Positions 1-9,453 of a DNA stretch of 64,000 nucleotides are shown here, in pieces; position 1 is the stretch's first letter, and each line of letters opens with the position of its first letter. The position numbers were made by a program, and so were the translations under genes. The notes beneath the pieces were generated by a model. It did no database searches. It was not told the DNA's origin and was given only the letters and a program-made list of their open reading frames with translations. The DNA is from Calditrichia bacterium (lineage in GTDB: Bacteria; Calditrichota; Calditrichia; JAJRVZ01). Location of the stretch: contig CAWCNS010000007.1 in assembly GCA_963796965.1 (NCBI GenBank), positions 512,001 through 576,000 on the forward strand, written 5' to 3'.

Positions 1-199
1 AGGCACCATCATAGACAGCAAGTGATGTCACCGGATTGTCCGTACTTATTTTACCATTTACTTCCTGCAGATATACATCATCAACCGCGGGTTTCCATAA
101 TTTTTCATCTTCTCCGTTTAAGTTACCGGCGGAAGCAACTTGAACAATGATAGATAAGACAAAAATTAATAGCATGAAATATTTAGATTTGAACTTCAT
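1..199 (-). CDS. Secreted hypothetical protein, 5' part (runs off the window start)
   Basis: GGAG RBS, ATG at 199; MKFKSKYFMLLIFVLSIIVQVASAGNLNGEDEKLW...; signal-peptide-like N-terminus; frame open to position 1. Confidence 0.6.
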   Translation of the reverse strand, partial: MKFKSKYFMLLIFVLSIIVQVASAGNLNGEDEKLWKPAVDDVYLQEVNGKISTDNPVTSLAVYDGA

Positions 200-311
200 T
201 TCCATCACTCCTGTATAATATATTTATAGAAATTAATGAATTATGAACCTAAAAAAAAGCAGATTTAGGGATGTGAATTACGATTTACATATCAAAAAAA
301 GAAAAATGACT

Positions 312-420
312 AACCACAAAATCACATAGAGGTACACGGAGGAACCAGAGGAATTGACAGATAACCAGCTCAATTGAGTTTAGAAATTTTCTATGAATTT
401 CTCTGTGTAACTCTGTGGTT
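312..420. repeat. Intergenic inverted-pair element (family A, CAC/CGC-xGAG units)
   Basis: AACCAC...CACGGAG...CAGAG / CTCTGTGTAACTCTGTGGTT; about 10 relatives in the window. Confidence 0.65.
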
Positions 421-471
421 AAAAATTATTCCAGGTCACTCTTGCCATATCTAACTGGACTCGAACGGCCG

Positions 472-941
472 CTAAAATGAGAAATTAAACAATGGAAAAA
501 AAGGTAGAAATCCACCCTTTTTAATAATGTTGAGTAAACCAAGCTGTAAGCCATAGGCCGTATCGGTTACATTGACGATACCGAATTGTAATCCGCTCAT
601 GTACCCGCTTACATTGACCGCCCCGGTCATAAGCCCTTTTACACTCCCCGTGGAGTAATTAAAGGCAGTGGCTGCCTGCCAGCCGGTGAAATCATCCTGC
701 AGACCGACAAAACTCCACTGAACACCCTGTGACATCCCGCTGGTATTTTGGGTAACAATGCCGAGATCCAGGTATTGGGTTGTGGTATTCTTACCATAGA
801 TGGCCAGCCGAAAGGCAGTAACCGCCTGATTTTCCGGCCGATCTGAACCGAGTTGATCAATGACAACTGAACAGCACCATCGGCATACATCGTTGAAGTC
901 AGAGCCATCAGTACTGTTAAAATAATTACAATCTTCTTCAT
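472..941 (-). CDS. LA_2272-like surface/outer-membrane repeat protein (one apparent frameshift near 830)
   Basis: Signal peptide in ORF 639-941 continues in ORF 472-735; GLQxGxVN repeats; C-terminal FFPLFNFSF; GGAGG RBS. Confidence 0.7.
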
Positions 942-1089
942 CCTTACCTCCTTTTTAGACTGAAATATTTGAGTCGCAATTTTAACAACTCAGGATTGAT
1001 GACTTATATGGATATTGTGCAGCCTTTGCTGCACCATTATTTTGTGAGGTTCATCATGATTATAAGGTAATTCTAATTTAAATAGAATT

Positions 1090-1679
1090 CTACTTATCAC
1101 CTTCAATCTCAATTTCAAATCCATTGAGCAGATTGAGAACATCAGGTACAGAAAATTTTGCTTTCTTAATATTATTCAGTGTTGGATCAATATTATACCC
1201 ACTTGCTTTGCAAAACGATGCTTTTTCGAGGTTAGTGTTGTGAAATAAGGTATTTCTAAATTGAGACGCTTCAAATGATGCACCAGGCAAATAGGTGTTC
1301 TGAAAGAAACAGTCCACAATATCACATGTTAAAAAGTTGGCATTCTTCATTTTCATATCATTAAAGTTGCAATTGCTGATGATGCAATTATCAAAATTTG
1401 CATTAAAAGTAAAGTGACCACATTGAGTGAAGTTTAGCCCCATCAGTTTACTATGTTTAAATATAACATCATTGAATTTCGTTTGAGCAATTTGGGGATT
1501 TGTGAGGTCACATTCAAAAAACGTACAATTTTCAAAATCCGATCCGCTTATATCTGATTGGGTAAAATTACAATTTTTGAACTTGCAATCGATAAAGATA
1601 TATTTTTGGATAAATTTCTGCTTACAAAATCCTCATTAATAATTTCTATACTGCTATGTTCAGATAAACCAAACGCCAT
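1090..1679 (-). CDS. Pentapeptide-repeat protein (apparent frameshift near 1605)
   Basis: xxFxx pentapeptide repeats (NCNFNDMKMKNANFLTC...ASFEASQFRNTLFHNTNLEKASF) continue upstream of ORF 1090-1443; candidate ATG at 1679. Confidence 0.8.
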
Positions 1680-2185
1680 AAAGAATACCCTGTTTTATTA
1701 AATATTCAGTTATTCATGATTTGGATCTATGTACCCTCATTTATGTGTAACCACAATCAGGCTCCTCATATGTGAAAAGATAAAAGACTAACCACTCCCA
1801 TAGGGATGCCTAGGGCAAAAGTTCACAAAGAAGGCACTAAGATCACAAAGTTTTTTATAATTTTTTTCTTTCAGTACTTTGCGCCTAAGAAATATAGGAG
1901 GATTTCGTCCCGATATATTTACATGATGCAGATATTTATATCGGGGTCTTTGTGGTTAAAAAACAGATAAGTGTGCACACCACTTCAAAATTTCCTTGCA
2001 AAATATCCTCACTCTGACTACTTTAATATAACTCACATCTTTTAAAGAATATAGTAATCTCAGAAAACAAAAAAAATCTACACTTAAATTGATGAGGGAA
2101 ATTTGCATCATTTTCCTTAATATTTTGTTTGAAAGATTGAGAGATAAATTCTGACCTATTAATCAAATTATTCTGTGGAGCGAAG

Positions 2186-3505
2186 ATGAGAAATCAGATC
2201 AATAATTCGAAGACGGAACTAAAGCGAAGAGATTTTATAAAAATTTCTGCTCTTGCGGGTGCAGGGGCTGTGTTAGCCAGTAAAGGCATCGTTCATGCCC
2301 AGGGCTCAGATAAAATTAGAGTGGGGCTAATTGGTTGTGGAGGGCGCGGCACAGGGGCTGGTATCATTGATTGCGCCCAGTCCTCACCGGGAGTTGAACT
2401 GGTAGCCATTGGTGACCTGTTTCAGGACCATATTGATAAAGCGCCAGAGCAAATTATTGAAAATCTGCGGAAGAGAGATTTGCCAGCAGAAGAAATATAT
2501 AAAGTATCTCCGGAAGCAACATTTGTGGGTTTTGATGCCTATAAGAAAGTCATCGCCTCTGACGTGGATATGGTTATATTGACAACCCCACCAAACTTCA
2601 GACCCGAGCATCTTCGTGAAGCAGTATTAAATGACAAGCATGTATTTATAGAAAAACCAATTGCTGTGGATCCTATTGGAGTGCATTCCGTAATAGAAAG
2701 TTCTGAAATGGCCAAACAAAAAGGGCTCACCCTGGTGGCAGGCACACAGATGAGAAGATTGAAATCGTACCGTGAAACCATTCTAAGAATTCATGATGGT
2801 GCAATCGGAGAAATAAATGGTGGTCAATGCGTACGTTTCGGCGGTGCCATGCGGGATTGGAGAAGCGACGAAAGACTAAAGAATGCAGCGTGGTCTGAAA
2901 TGGAATATCATATTCGGCGTTGGTTATTCTGGACGTGGTTATCCGGTGATTTTATTGTAGAGATGCATGTACATAATTTGGATATCATGAACTGGATGTT
3001 AAATGCCCATCCTGTACAATGTATGGGCATTGGCGGCCGCCAGGCCCGAACCGGGTTTGAATATGGGAATGTCTATGATCATTTTACTTTGGAATATTTA
3101 TATCCCAATGATGTTAGAATTCAATATATGGGCGCACAGATTGATAGGATTAGCAACAGAAACGATCAATGGGTAAGCGGCAGCAAAGGATCGGCTTATC
3201 AATACGCCGGAAACGGTGTCATTAAGGGCGAGAATTCATATGAATTCCAGGGCGAACAGGTAAATCCGGCCGTGCTTGAATATACAGAGATGATCGACAG
3301 CATTCGACAAAATAAAGCAATCAATGAAGGACGCCAAATAGCAGAAAGTACCATGACCGCCATCCTGGGCCGCATGAGCGCCTATACAGGAAGAGCGATT
3401 AAGTGGGAGTGGGCGATGAAAGCTTCCAAACTGGATCTAAGCCCTGCAAAAATGGAATTCGGGGATTTGCCTGCAATGCCAGTGGCCGTGCCTGGGGATG
3501 ACTGA
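2186..3505 (+). CDS. Tat-exported Gfo/Idh/MocA oxidoreductase
   Basis: RRDFIK twin-arginine signal, GLIGCGGRGTGA Rossmann motif, EKP motif, HVHNLD. Confidence 0.9.
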   Translation: MRNQINNSKTELKRRDFIKISALAGAGAVLASKGIVHAQGSDKIRVGLIGCGGRGTGAGIIDCAQSSPGVELVAIGDLFQDHIDKAPEQIIENLRKRDLPAEEIYKVSPEATFVGFDAYKKVIASDVDMVILTTPPNFRPEHLREAVLNDKHVFIEKPIAVDPIGVHSVIESSEMAKQKGLTLVAGTQMRRLKSYRETILRIHDGAIGEINGGQCVRFGGAMRDWRSDERLKNAAWSEMEYHIRRWLFWTWLSGDFIVEMHVHNLDIMNWMLNAHPVQCMGIGGRQARTGFEYGNVYDHFTLEYLYPNDVRIQYMGAQIDRISNRNDQWVSGSKGSAYQYAGNGVIKGENSYEFQGEQVNPAVLEYTEMIDSIRQNKAINEGRQIAESTMTAILGRMSAYTGRAIKWEWAMKASKLDLSPAKMEFGDLPAMPVAVPGDD

Positions 3506-3545
3506 GTTGAATATAATAGTAGCATTTTTAGAATAATTAAAATCA

Positions 3546-3632
3546 TTCCCCCTACGAAGGGGGTTAGGGGGATGTTATTACATAGATTAAAGTGAAATTA
3601 CATCCCCCTCAATCCCCCTATCAAAGGGGGAA
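3546..3632. repeat. Family B CCCC/GGGG REP-like inverted pair
   Basis: TTCCCCCTACGAAGGGGGTTAGGGGGATGT / ACATCCCCCTCAATCCCCCTATCAAAGGGGGAA; relatives at 5180-5420, 8515-8570 and 23438-23470. Confidence 0.7.
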
Positions 3633-3752
3633 GCGAGTCCTTGCTACACCAAGGATAGTGCTAATTAACCGCTATAGGAACACTCCCATATAATGGAAAT
3701 TTAAATCAGCAACCTTAAGTAAAATTGATAGAATTTTACATTAAAAAAAAGG

Positions 3753-5081
3753 ATGAAAAAAATGAAAAATGACTTAAAATATTATCTGGTTTTGATTTAT
3801 GGCTATATACTAATATTAAGTATTTATAACCCGTCATGGGCAGATGATACTTTCAAACCGCTTTTTAACGGTAGCACGTTAGAAGGTTGGACAAATGTTA
3901 ATTGTGCAGAAGAAACCTGGACCGTACGTGATGGTATGATCGTGTGCTCGGGGATACCTACGGGTATTTTGCGTACGGATAAACAATATGAAAATTATAT
4001 TCTGGAACTAGAATGGCGACATATGAAAAAAGGTGGTAATGCCGGTCTATTTATTCATTCCGATGCCCTGACAGCTCTTGGAAAACCCTTCTCTCGTTCC
4101 ACAGAATGTCAGATTTTGGATGGTAATGAAGGCGATATGTTTGCCATCCATGGGGCGACCCTCACCCCAGACAATCCTAAACCATCCAAGGGAGGCATGC
4201 GTGCCTACCCGAAAGAAAAAAGGATGAATCCCACCGGAGAATGGAATCATTACCGGGTTGAAAGCCGGGATGGCATCTTAACCCTCTCTGTCAATGGTGA
4301 GGTCGTGACACGCAGTTTCCATTTAAATCCCCGAAAGGGATATATTTGTCTGGAATCTGAGGGTAGTGAAATACACTTTCGCAATATCAGGATCCATGAA
4401 TTACCTTCATCAAATCCACCACCAGAATTAACAGCAAAATTGGACGAGGGATTCACATCCTTGTATAACGGATTGGATCTAAAGGGATGGAAACAGGTAC
4501 CTGGCAATGTCAACCATTGGCAGGCAAAAGATTGGACATTAGAATATGATGGTAAAAGTGAAGCAGAGGGTGAGGACAAACATTTGTGGACAGAAAAAGA
4601 ATATAGAAATTTTGTATTGATTGTAGACTGGCGGTTACCCCGCGAACCAGTCGTGGAGGCGGTACCGGTTATTCTTCCAGATGGGAACACGGCAACCGAT
4701 AATGATGGTACAGCCCTTTCGGTGCCTGTCCTTGATGCGGGTGACAGTGGCATCTATCTACGGGGTACATCAAAGTGTCAGATCAATATCTGGAACTGGC
4801 CGGTGGGCTCGGGAGAAATTTGGGGATATCGCACAGATAAATCCATGTCCAAGGCTGTTAGGAAAGGTGCCACACCTATGCTAAATGCTGATGATCTTGT
4901 AGGACAATGGAATCGTTTCAAGATTACATTAAAAGATGATAAAATCACCGTGATGGTCAATGGAAAAATGGTGATAAATCAAGCGCAACTGCCTGATCTG
5001 CCAGAAAGAGGCCCTATCGCCCTGCAGCATCATGGCGATCCGGTACAATTTGCCAATATATTTATCAAAGAACTTGATTAA
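3753..5081 (+). CDS. Tandem DUF1080 (3-keto-disaccharide hydrolase-like) protein
   Basis: Two repeats of LF/YNGxxLxGW...GEWN/GQWN...GxIxLE/Q-x-E/H-G...FxNI; signal peptide. Confidence 0.85.
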   Translation: MKKMKNDLKYYLVLIYGYILILSIYNPSWADDTFKPLFNGSTLEGWTNVNCAEETWTVRDGMIVCSGIPTGILRTDKQYENYILELEWRHMKKGGNAGLFIHSDALTALGKPFSRSTECQILDGNEGDMFAIHGATLTPDNPKPSKGGMRAYPKEKRMNPTGEWNHYRVESRDGILTLSVNGEVVTRSFHLNPRKGYICLESEGSEIHFRNIRIHELPSSNPPPELTAKLDEGFTSLYNGLDLKGWKQVPGNVNHWQAKDWTLEYDGKSEAEGEDKHLWTEKEYRNFVLIVDWRLPREPVVEAVPVILPDGNTATDNDGTALSVPVLDAGDSGIYLRGTSKCQINIWNWPVGSGEIWGYRTDKSMSKAVRKGATPMLNADDLVGQWNRFKITLKDDKITVMVNGKMVINQAQLPDLPERGPIALQHHGDPVQFANIFIKELD

Positions 5082-5256
5082 CTGGGTAAATTCATTTCAC
5101 GCAAAAACTTGCCCCAGCAATAGTGTAGTTATTCTGTTTTATGGTAACAGTTATGAGCTATCATTGTTAGATAAATTTATCTCCCCATTAGAAGAGGGGG
5201 ACTAATGGGATGTTAAGTATAAGTTAAATAATTACAACCCCCTATCCCCCTTTATT

Positions 5257-5405
5257 GGGGCTGTTGCAGTTTAGATAATTATAGCAAAAATATGAGATTA
5301 TCTATTCGAATAAGCAAAATCTAATTCTCCCTTTCCAAGGGGGAGATCCCGTCATACGGGACTTCACTAAGGATTGTACAATTTATCCGATACTGCAACA
5401 GCCCC
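5257..5405. mobile_element. 149-bp MITE-like element with perfect 14-bp terminal inverted repeats
   Basis: GGGGCTGTTGCAGT (5257-5270) / ACTGCAACAGCCCC (5392-5405); interrupts a CCCC/GGGG palindromic repeat. Confidence 0.65.
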
Positions 5406-5503
5406 TATATAAGGGGGAATTAGATCTTCGATTTAATGCAATATTATAGTATTTTTATAAATCAATTTGTTAACTCATTATAGCTATTCCTTACGTCACG
5501 ATC

Positions 5504-6397
5504 TCAAGGCTGATGGAAACTGGTACCAATAAATTTTAGGCCATCCTTAAGTCCGCTCCTCCAATAGGACCACTGGTGACGACCATCTCTTACCCTGTAT
5601 TCATGTGGTACATTCATATCTTTTAGCAGGATGTGAAACATTGAATTACCTCTATATAAAAAATCATCATCACCACAATCAATATACATCCTTACACTTC
5701 TTATTTTTTCTAAATTAGAGTTTTGCACGATATGAATTGGATTGTTGGATAAGAGGTGGTCTGTGATTCTCTTTTCTCCTTTTAGTGCCGGTCCATATAA
5801 AACAGCCAGCATATCCTCCCACTTCTCCTCAGCCATATCGGTAATATCTTTTTTTGTAAATACGGCTGCACTAAACGCTGCACAAGCAGTGAACATTTCA
5901 GGGTGTTTCAACGCATAGACCAAGGTACCATAACCTCCCATTGAGAGTCCTGCAACGCCCCGATATCGCTTTTCCGTTCGAACGCGATATTTTGATTCAA
6001 TATAGGGAATGAATTCTTTAAAGAAAAAATCCTCGTATCTAATGGAATTATCATAATTGTTTATATACCAGCTTACGCCGCCATCCGGCATAGCCAATAT
6101 CATTGGCGGTATCTCCCGTTTATCAATGGCTTCATCTGCAATCAAATGAGCTTCACCAAATTGCATCCAACCCATATCATTGTCAGTATAGCCATGTAAA
6201 AGGTAGGTAATGGGATAAAATCGATTCGAAGAATTGTAGTCAAAAGGTAAGTAAATAGTAAATCGTACATCTTTATTCAAGATTTTACTTTTAATAATTA
6301 ATCCCTCTTGTATCGTACCCCTGGAAATCTGTGCATAAAGGCTAGAGTTAATTAAAAATAAAATGATGGTAAAAAAAATAAACCTTGTCAATATCAT
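5504..6397 (-). CDS. Secreted alpha/beta-hydrolase esterase (CE1-like)
   Basis: YLLHG, GLSMGG nucleophile elbow, DCGDDDFL, GRHQWSYW. Confidence 0.9.
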   Translation of the reverse strand: MILTRFIFFTIILFLINSSLYAQISRGTIQEGLIIKSKILNKDVRFTIYLPFDYNSSNRFYPITYLLHGYTDNDMGWMQFGEAHLIADEAIDKREIPPMILAMPDGGVSWYINNYDNSIRYEDFFFKEFIPYIESKYRVRTEKRYRGVAGLSMGGYGTLVYALKHPEMFTACAAFSAAVFTKKDITDMAEEKWEDMLAVLYGPALKGEKRITDHLLSNNPIHIVQNSNLEKIRSVRMYIDCGDDDFLYRGNSMFHILLKDMNVPHEYRVRDGRHQWSYWRSGLKDGLKFIGTSFHQP

Positions 6398-6536
6398 TAG
6401 ATCCTCCTAATCAAAGTCAAATGTCAAAATCTTCATGCCAAATCAATCCTCAATTACAAATTCCGAATTCCTAACCCCAAAATATCCTACTATTTTCTTG
6501 GCATATCTACTGTAACAAAATCGCTACTTATGGTTG

Positions 6537-7070
6537 TTATTTCTCTCTTATGTAATGCGTTTTTACGAGAGATTCTAAAAGTACCTCAGATTTGTATAAT
6601 TTGAATTCTAAAGATTTTACTAATTTACCAAATAAAGAGATACCATCACCTAATAGCACCGGAATGGTGGTGATAATTAATTCATCAATCAGATTTTCCG
6701 AGAGAAAGCTTTGTATTAAAGCCCCCCCATCAATATAGAGATTATTAAAACCTTTTTTAGCAAGATAATCGATAATATGAGGCGGCTTTAAATTTAAAAC
6801 TTCAGCCTTACCAGAATATTCTTCAGGTAGTTTGGTCAGGGTTGAACTGATAACATACACGGGTTTGGTATAAGGCCACATGCCAAAAGATTGTACCGTT
6901 TCAAACGTATTACGGCCCATGACAATAACATCAATTTTGCTCATGAATTCTGCAAACCCAAAGTCGCTCTTATCAGGATTTGGAATATCGTTTAACCAAT
7001 CAAGCCCGCCATTTTTATCAGCGATATAGCCATCGAGACTTTGGGCTATATAAACATATAAAGCCATCAT
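6537..7070 (-). CDS. Dihydrofolate reductase-like (RibD C-terminal domain) protein
   Basis: YIAQSLDGYIA, VMGRNTFE, YIDGG, IPVLLGDGISLF. Confidence 0.9.
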   Translation of the reverse strand: MMALYVYIAQSLDGYIADKNGGLDWLNDIPNPDKSDFGFAEFMSKIDVIVMGRNTFETVQSFGMWPYTKPVYVISSTLTKLPEEYSGKAEVLNLKPPHIIDYLAKKGFNNLYIDGGALIQSFLSENLIDELIITTIPVLLGDGISLFGKLVKSLEFKLYKSEVLLESLVKTHYIREK

Positions 7071-7306
7071 TATTCCTCTTATCTAAAGCCCTTACTCACA
7101 GAAATCAAGGTATTTCTAACCTGATATTATAAGAATATGTATAAATAGATACTTATATTCTAATACTCTAATCTGTGTCATTCTGTTAGAATCTTTCAGC
7201 ATTATGATGAATACCGTCAAGAAGGAAGATCCCTGCAGGATGACAAGATGTAGAAAAAACAATTGCAACTTCCAAATTCCTAATTCCCAATTCCAAATTC
7301 CCCAAC

Positions 7307-8299
7307 TTATTTGACCAAACTGATCACACCCAGTTTCCAGGGGAGTGTTGAATAGGATACTTTTATATCCTTTTTCAGGATCCCCTGAATAAGCCAACGG
7401 CATTCATCCGGATCGTATTCCATTTGTTCGTTATAACCAGACCTGACTGCCTCACCATGAGATGCCATTTCTGTCCATATGCTAGATTTTTCAATGTATT
7501 TAAGCTGCGTACCTGTTACATATCGGTCGGTTATCCTTTTCCATGGCCCATTAAGATCCTTTGCAATTGCTTTTCCGAACGAGCGCATTCCATCATTGTT
7601 TAATTCGTAAATCATATGGTACTCTTCCTTGTCTTTTACCTTATAAATGTGCACAGCTTCATGAACATCATCAAATACCATCTTACTTTCACTCCAACCG
7701 CCCGGAAATGAGTCCAGACTTGTTGATCTAACTATAACCCTCTTGTGTGCCTGTGTATAAAAGAGATAGGCCTGTGAATCATCACAAATCACCCAGAAAT
7801 CGATCCATTTTTCCGGACTATCTTTGACGATAAGTGGTTTGGGTTTGCTCCAGGATTCGGGGTCTGAGATGGTGCCTGTAGTGGAAAAGGCTGGTTGATA
7901 ATTGGAATCACGATTCTGAAAGATCAGGTACCATTTGTTTTGAGGTTCATAATAGAATATTTGTGGCGCACAGCCGTATCTCGTCTTGCCCCTGATCATT
8001 TTGAGCTCATGTCTGGGGGCTGATTGCAGATCAGTCAGACTCTTAGCAGAAACATAGCCCGTGGTATATTCTTGCTGACTCCTCGCCGTGTAAAACAAAT
8101 GCCAGATTCCCTCAAAGAATACAATTGACGGATCTTTGACAGCAATTTCATCAAAAGAGCCGCTAGGCCCATGGAAGAATATCGGATCTCCGGCTTCCCA
8201 TTTATTTTCTGTGAATTTTCCCAATAGGAGAATACTAGATATCACTGCAAGGCATAGAATTATTCCAAAGGCGCTATATATAAATATTCTTAGTGTCAT
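7307..8299 (-). CDS. GH62-like alpha-L-arabinofuranosidase
   Basis: VKDPSIV, APQIFYYEPQNKWYLIFQ, WIDFWVICDD, HEAVHIYKV, SHGE motifs. Confidence 0.8.
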   Translation of the reverse strand: MTLRIFIYSAFGIILCLAVISSILLLGKFTENKWEAGDPIFFHGPSGSFDEIAVKDPSIVFFEGIWHLFYTARSQQEYTTGYVSAKSLTDLQSAPRHELKMIRGKTRYGCAPQIFYYEPQNKWYLIFQNRDSNYQPAFSTTGTISDPESWSKPKPLIVKDSPEKWIDFWVICDDSQAYLFYTQAHKRVIVRSTSLDSFPGGWSESKMVFDDVHEAVHIYKVKDKEEYHMIYELNNDGMRSFGKAIAKDLNGPWKRITDRYVTGTQLKYIEKSSIWTEMASHGEAVRSGYNEQMEYDPDECRWLIQGILKKDIKVSYSTLPWKLGVISLVK

Positions 8300-8610
8300 A
8301 ATTTTTTATTATTTGTAAAACCGGGCGTAATCCTCGGTCTATCTAATATGTCATCCCGTCCCGGAACGGGATCGCGTCTCGGGAAAGGGATCTTTCTTCA
8401 CACTGAATATGAGTATGCAATAAGTAAGATTCCTCCGGAATGACACAGAATAAAGACATTTTTTACCTACATGCAATATCTGATCAATTATCCCGGGCCT
8501 AGCATCTATTTGTGAATGACCTCCCCCATTATCCCCTCCTTAGTAAGGAGGGGGAAAAAGGGGGAGGTCATTACATTTTTCTTACTTTGGTATTAGTGCA
8601 ATGAACTCTA

Positions 8611-9336
8611 TTATTTTTTACAACCGGAATATACCACAAAACTGTAGTTCTGATACCAGCAATTTACTTCTGAGAATTTTGCATTTTTCAGCCAAATAAT
8701 TTGGTCGGACAAAGTTGATGGCTTATCTTCCTTAATACGCTCCAGGGCTGAAGATAGCACTAAATCTGTGACACCGCTATTCTTTACTTGTCTTAGCCAT
8801 GTGGATCTGAAAATGTTTTCAATATAAGGGGTTTCACCGAGAACCTGATCAGCGTTTATAAAAATACCGTCGTCATTAAGGCTCAAAAACAATTTCTGAA
8901 ACAATTGCTCTTTTTCAGCACCGGTTAAATGGTGAATGGATAATGCAGAAATTATAAGATCAAATTTTTCATTAATTACCTCTTTTGAATAATCTTTAAC
9001 CACATAAGTCACCTTCATATTCCTGTCTGAAAATCGGTTTTTTGCTTTTTCCAACATTTTTTTTGAAATGTCAATAAGTGTAAATTCTGCATTTGGGTAA
9101 AGATTTGCCACCAGAGAAGAAAAGAGACCTGTTCCTGCTCCTAAATCAAGAATTTTAAGCCTGGTTGTGGGCTGGTATGTGATAAGATCCAAGGCGGCAC
9201 CATACAAATCATCAAAGCAAGGAACGAGTTGAGTCCTGTATAGATCGTAATCGTTTGCACTATTATCAAAAGCCTGTTTGATATTCTGTGAATTACTCTG
9301 TGTTTCTCTGTGGTTAATCAACTTTTCATTCAGCAT
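8611..9336 (-). CDS. Class I SAM-dependent methyltransferase
   Basis: ILDLGAGTG, SALSIHHL. Confidence 0.9.
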   Translation of the reverse strand: MLNEKLINHRETQSNSQNIKQAFDNSANDYDLYRTQLVPCFDDLYGAALDLITYQPTTRLKILDLGAGTGLFSSLVANLYPNAEFTLIDISKKMLEKAKNRFSDRNMKVTYVVKDYSKEVINEKFDLIISALSIHHLTGAEKEQLFQKLFLSLNDDGIFINADQVLGETPYIENIFRSTWLRQVKNSGVTDLVLSSALERIKEDKPSTLSDQIIWLKNAKFSEVNCWYQNYSFVVYSGCKK

Positions 9337-9453
9337 GGAGTGACCTCGTTAAACGGGGCAGCCCAAAAGGACGTGGCCGAGGTTGTTAAATACGTATTTA
9401 ATTCTCAACTGGATACTCTTGACAATCCTGGCCTCTGCAACCCTTTCAGATAT

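Noticed and set aside
3503..3505. TGA ending the Gfo/Idh/MocA gene as possible selenocysteine
   Set aside because: Removing one G from the GGGG run gives a plausible PGMTEL ending; not a Cys position and no hairpin follows
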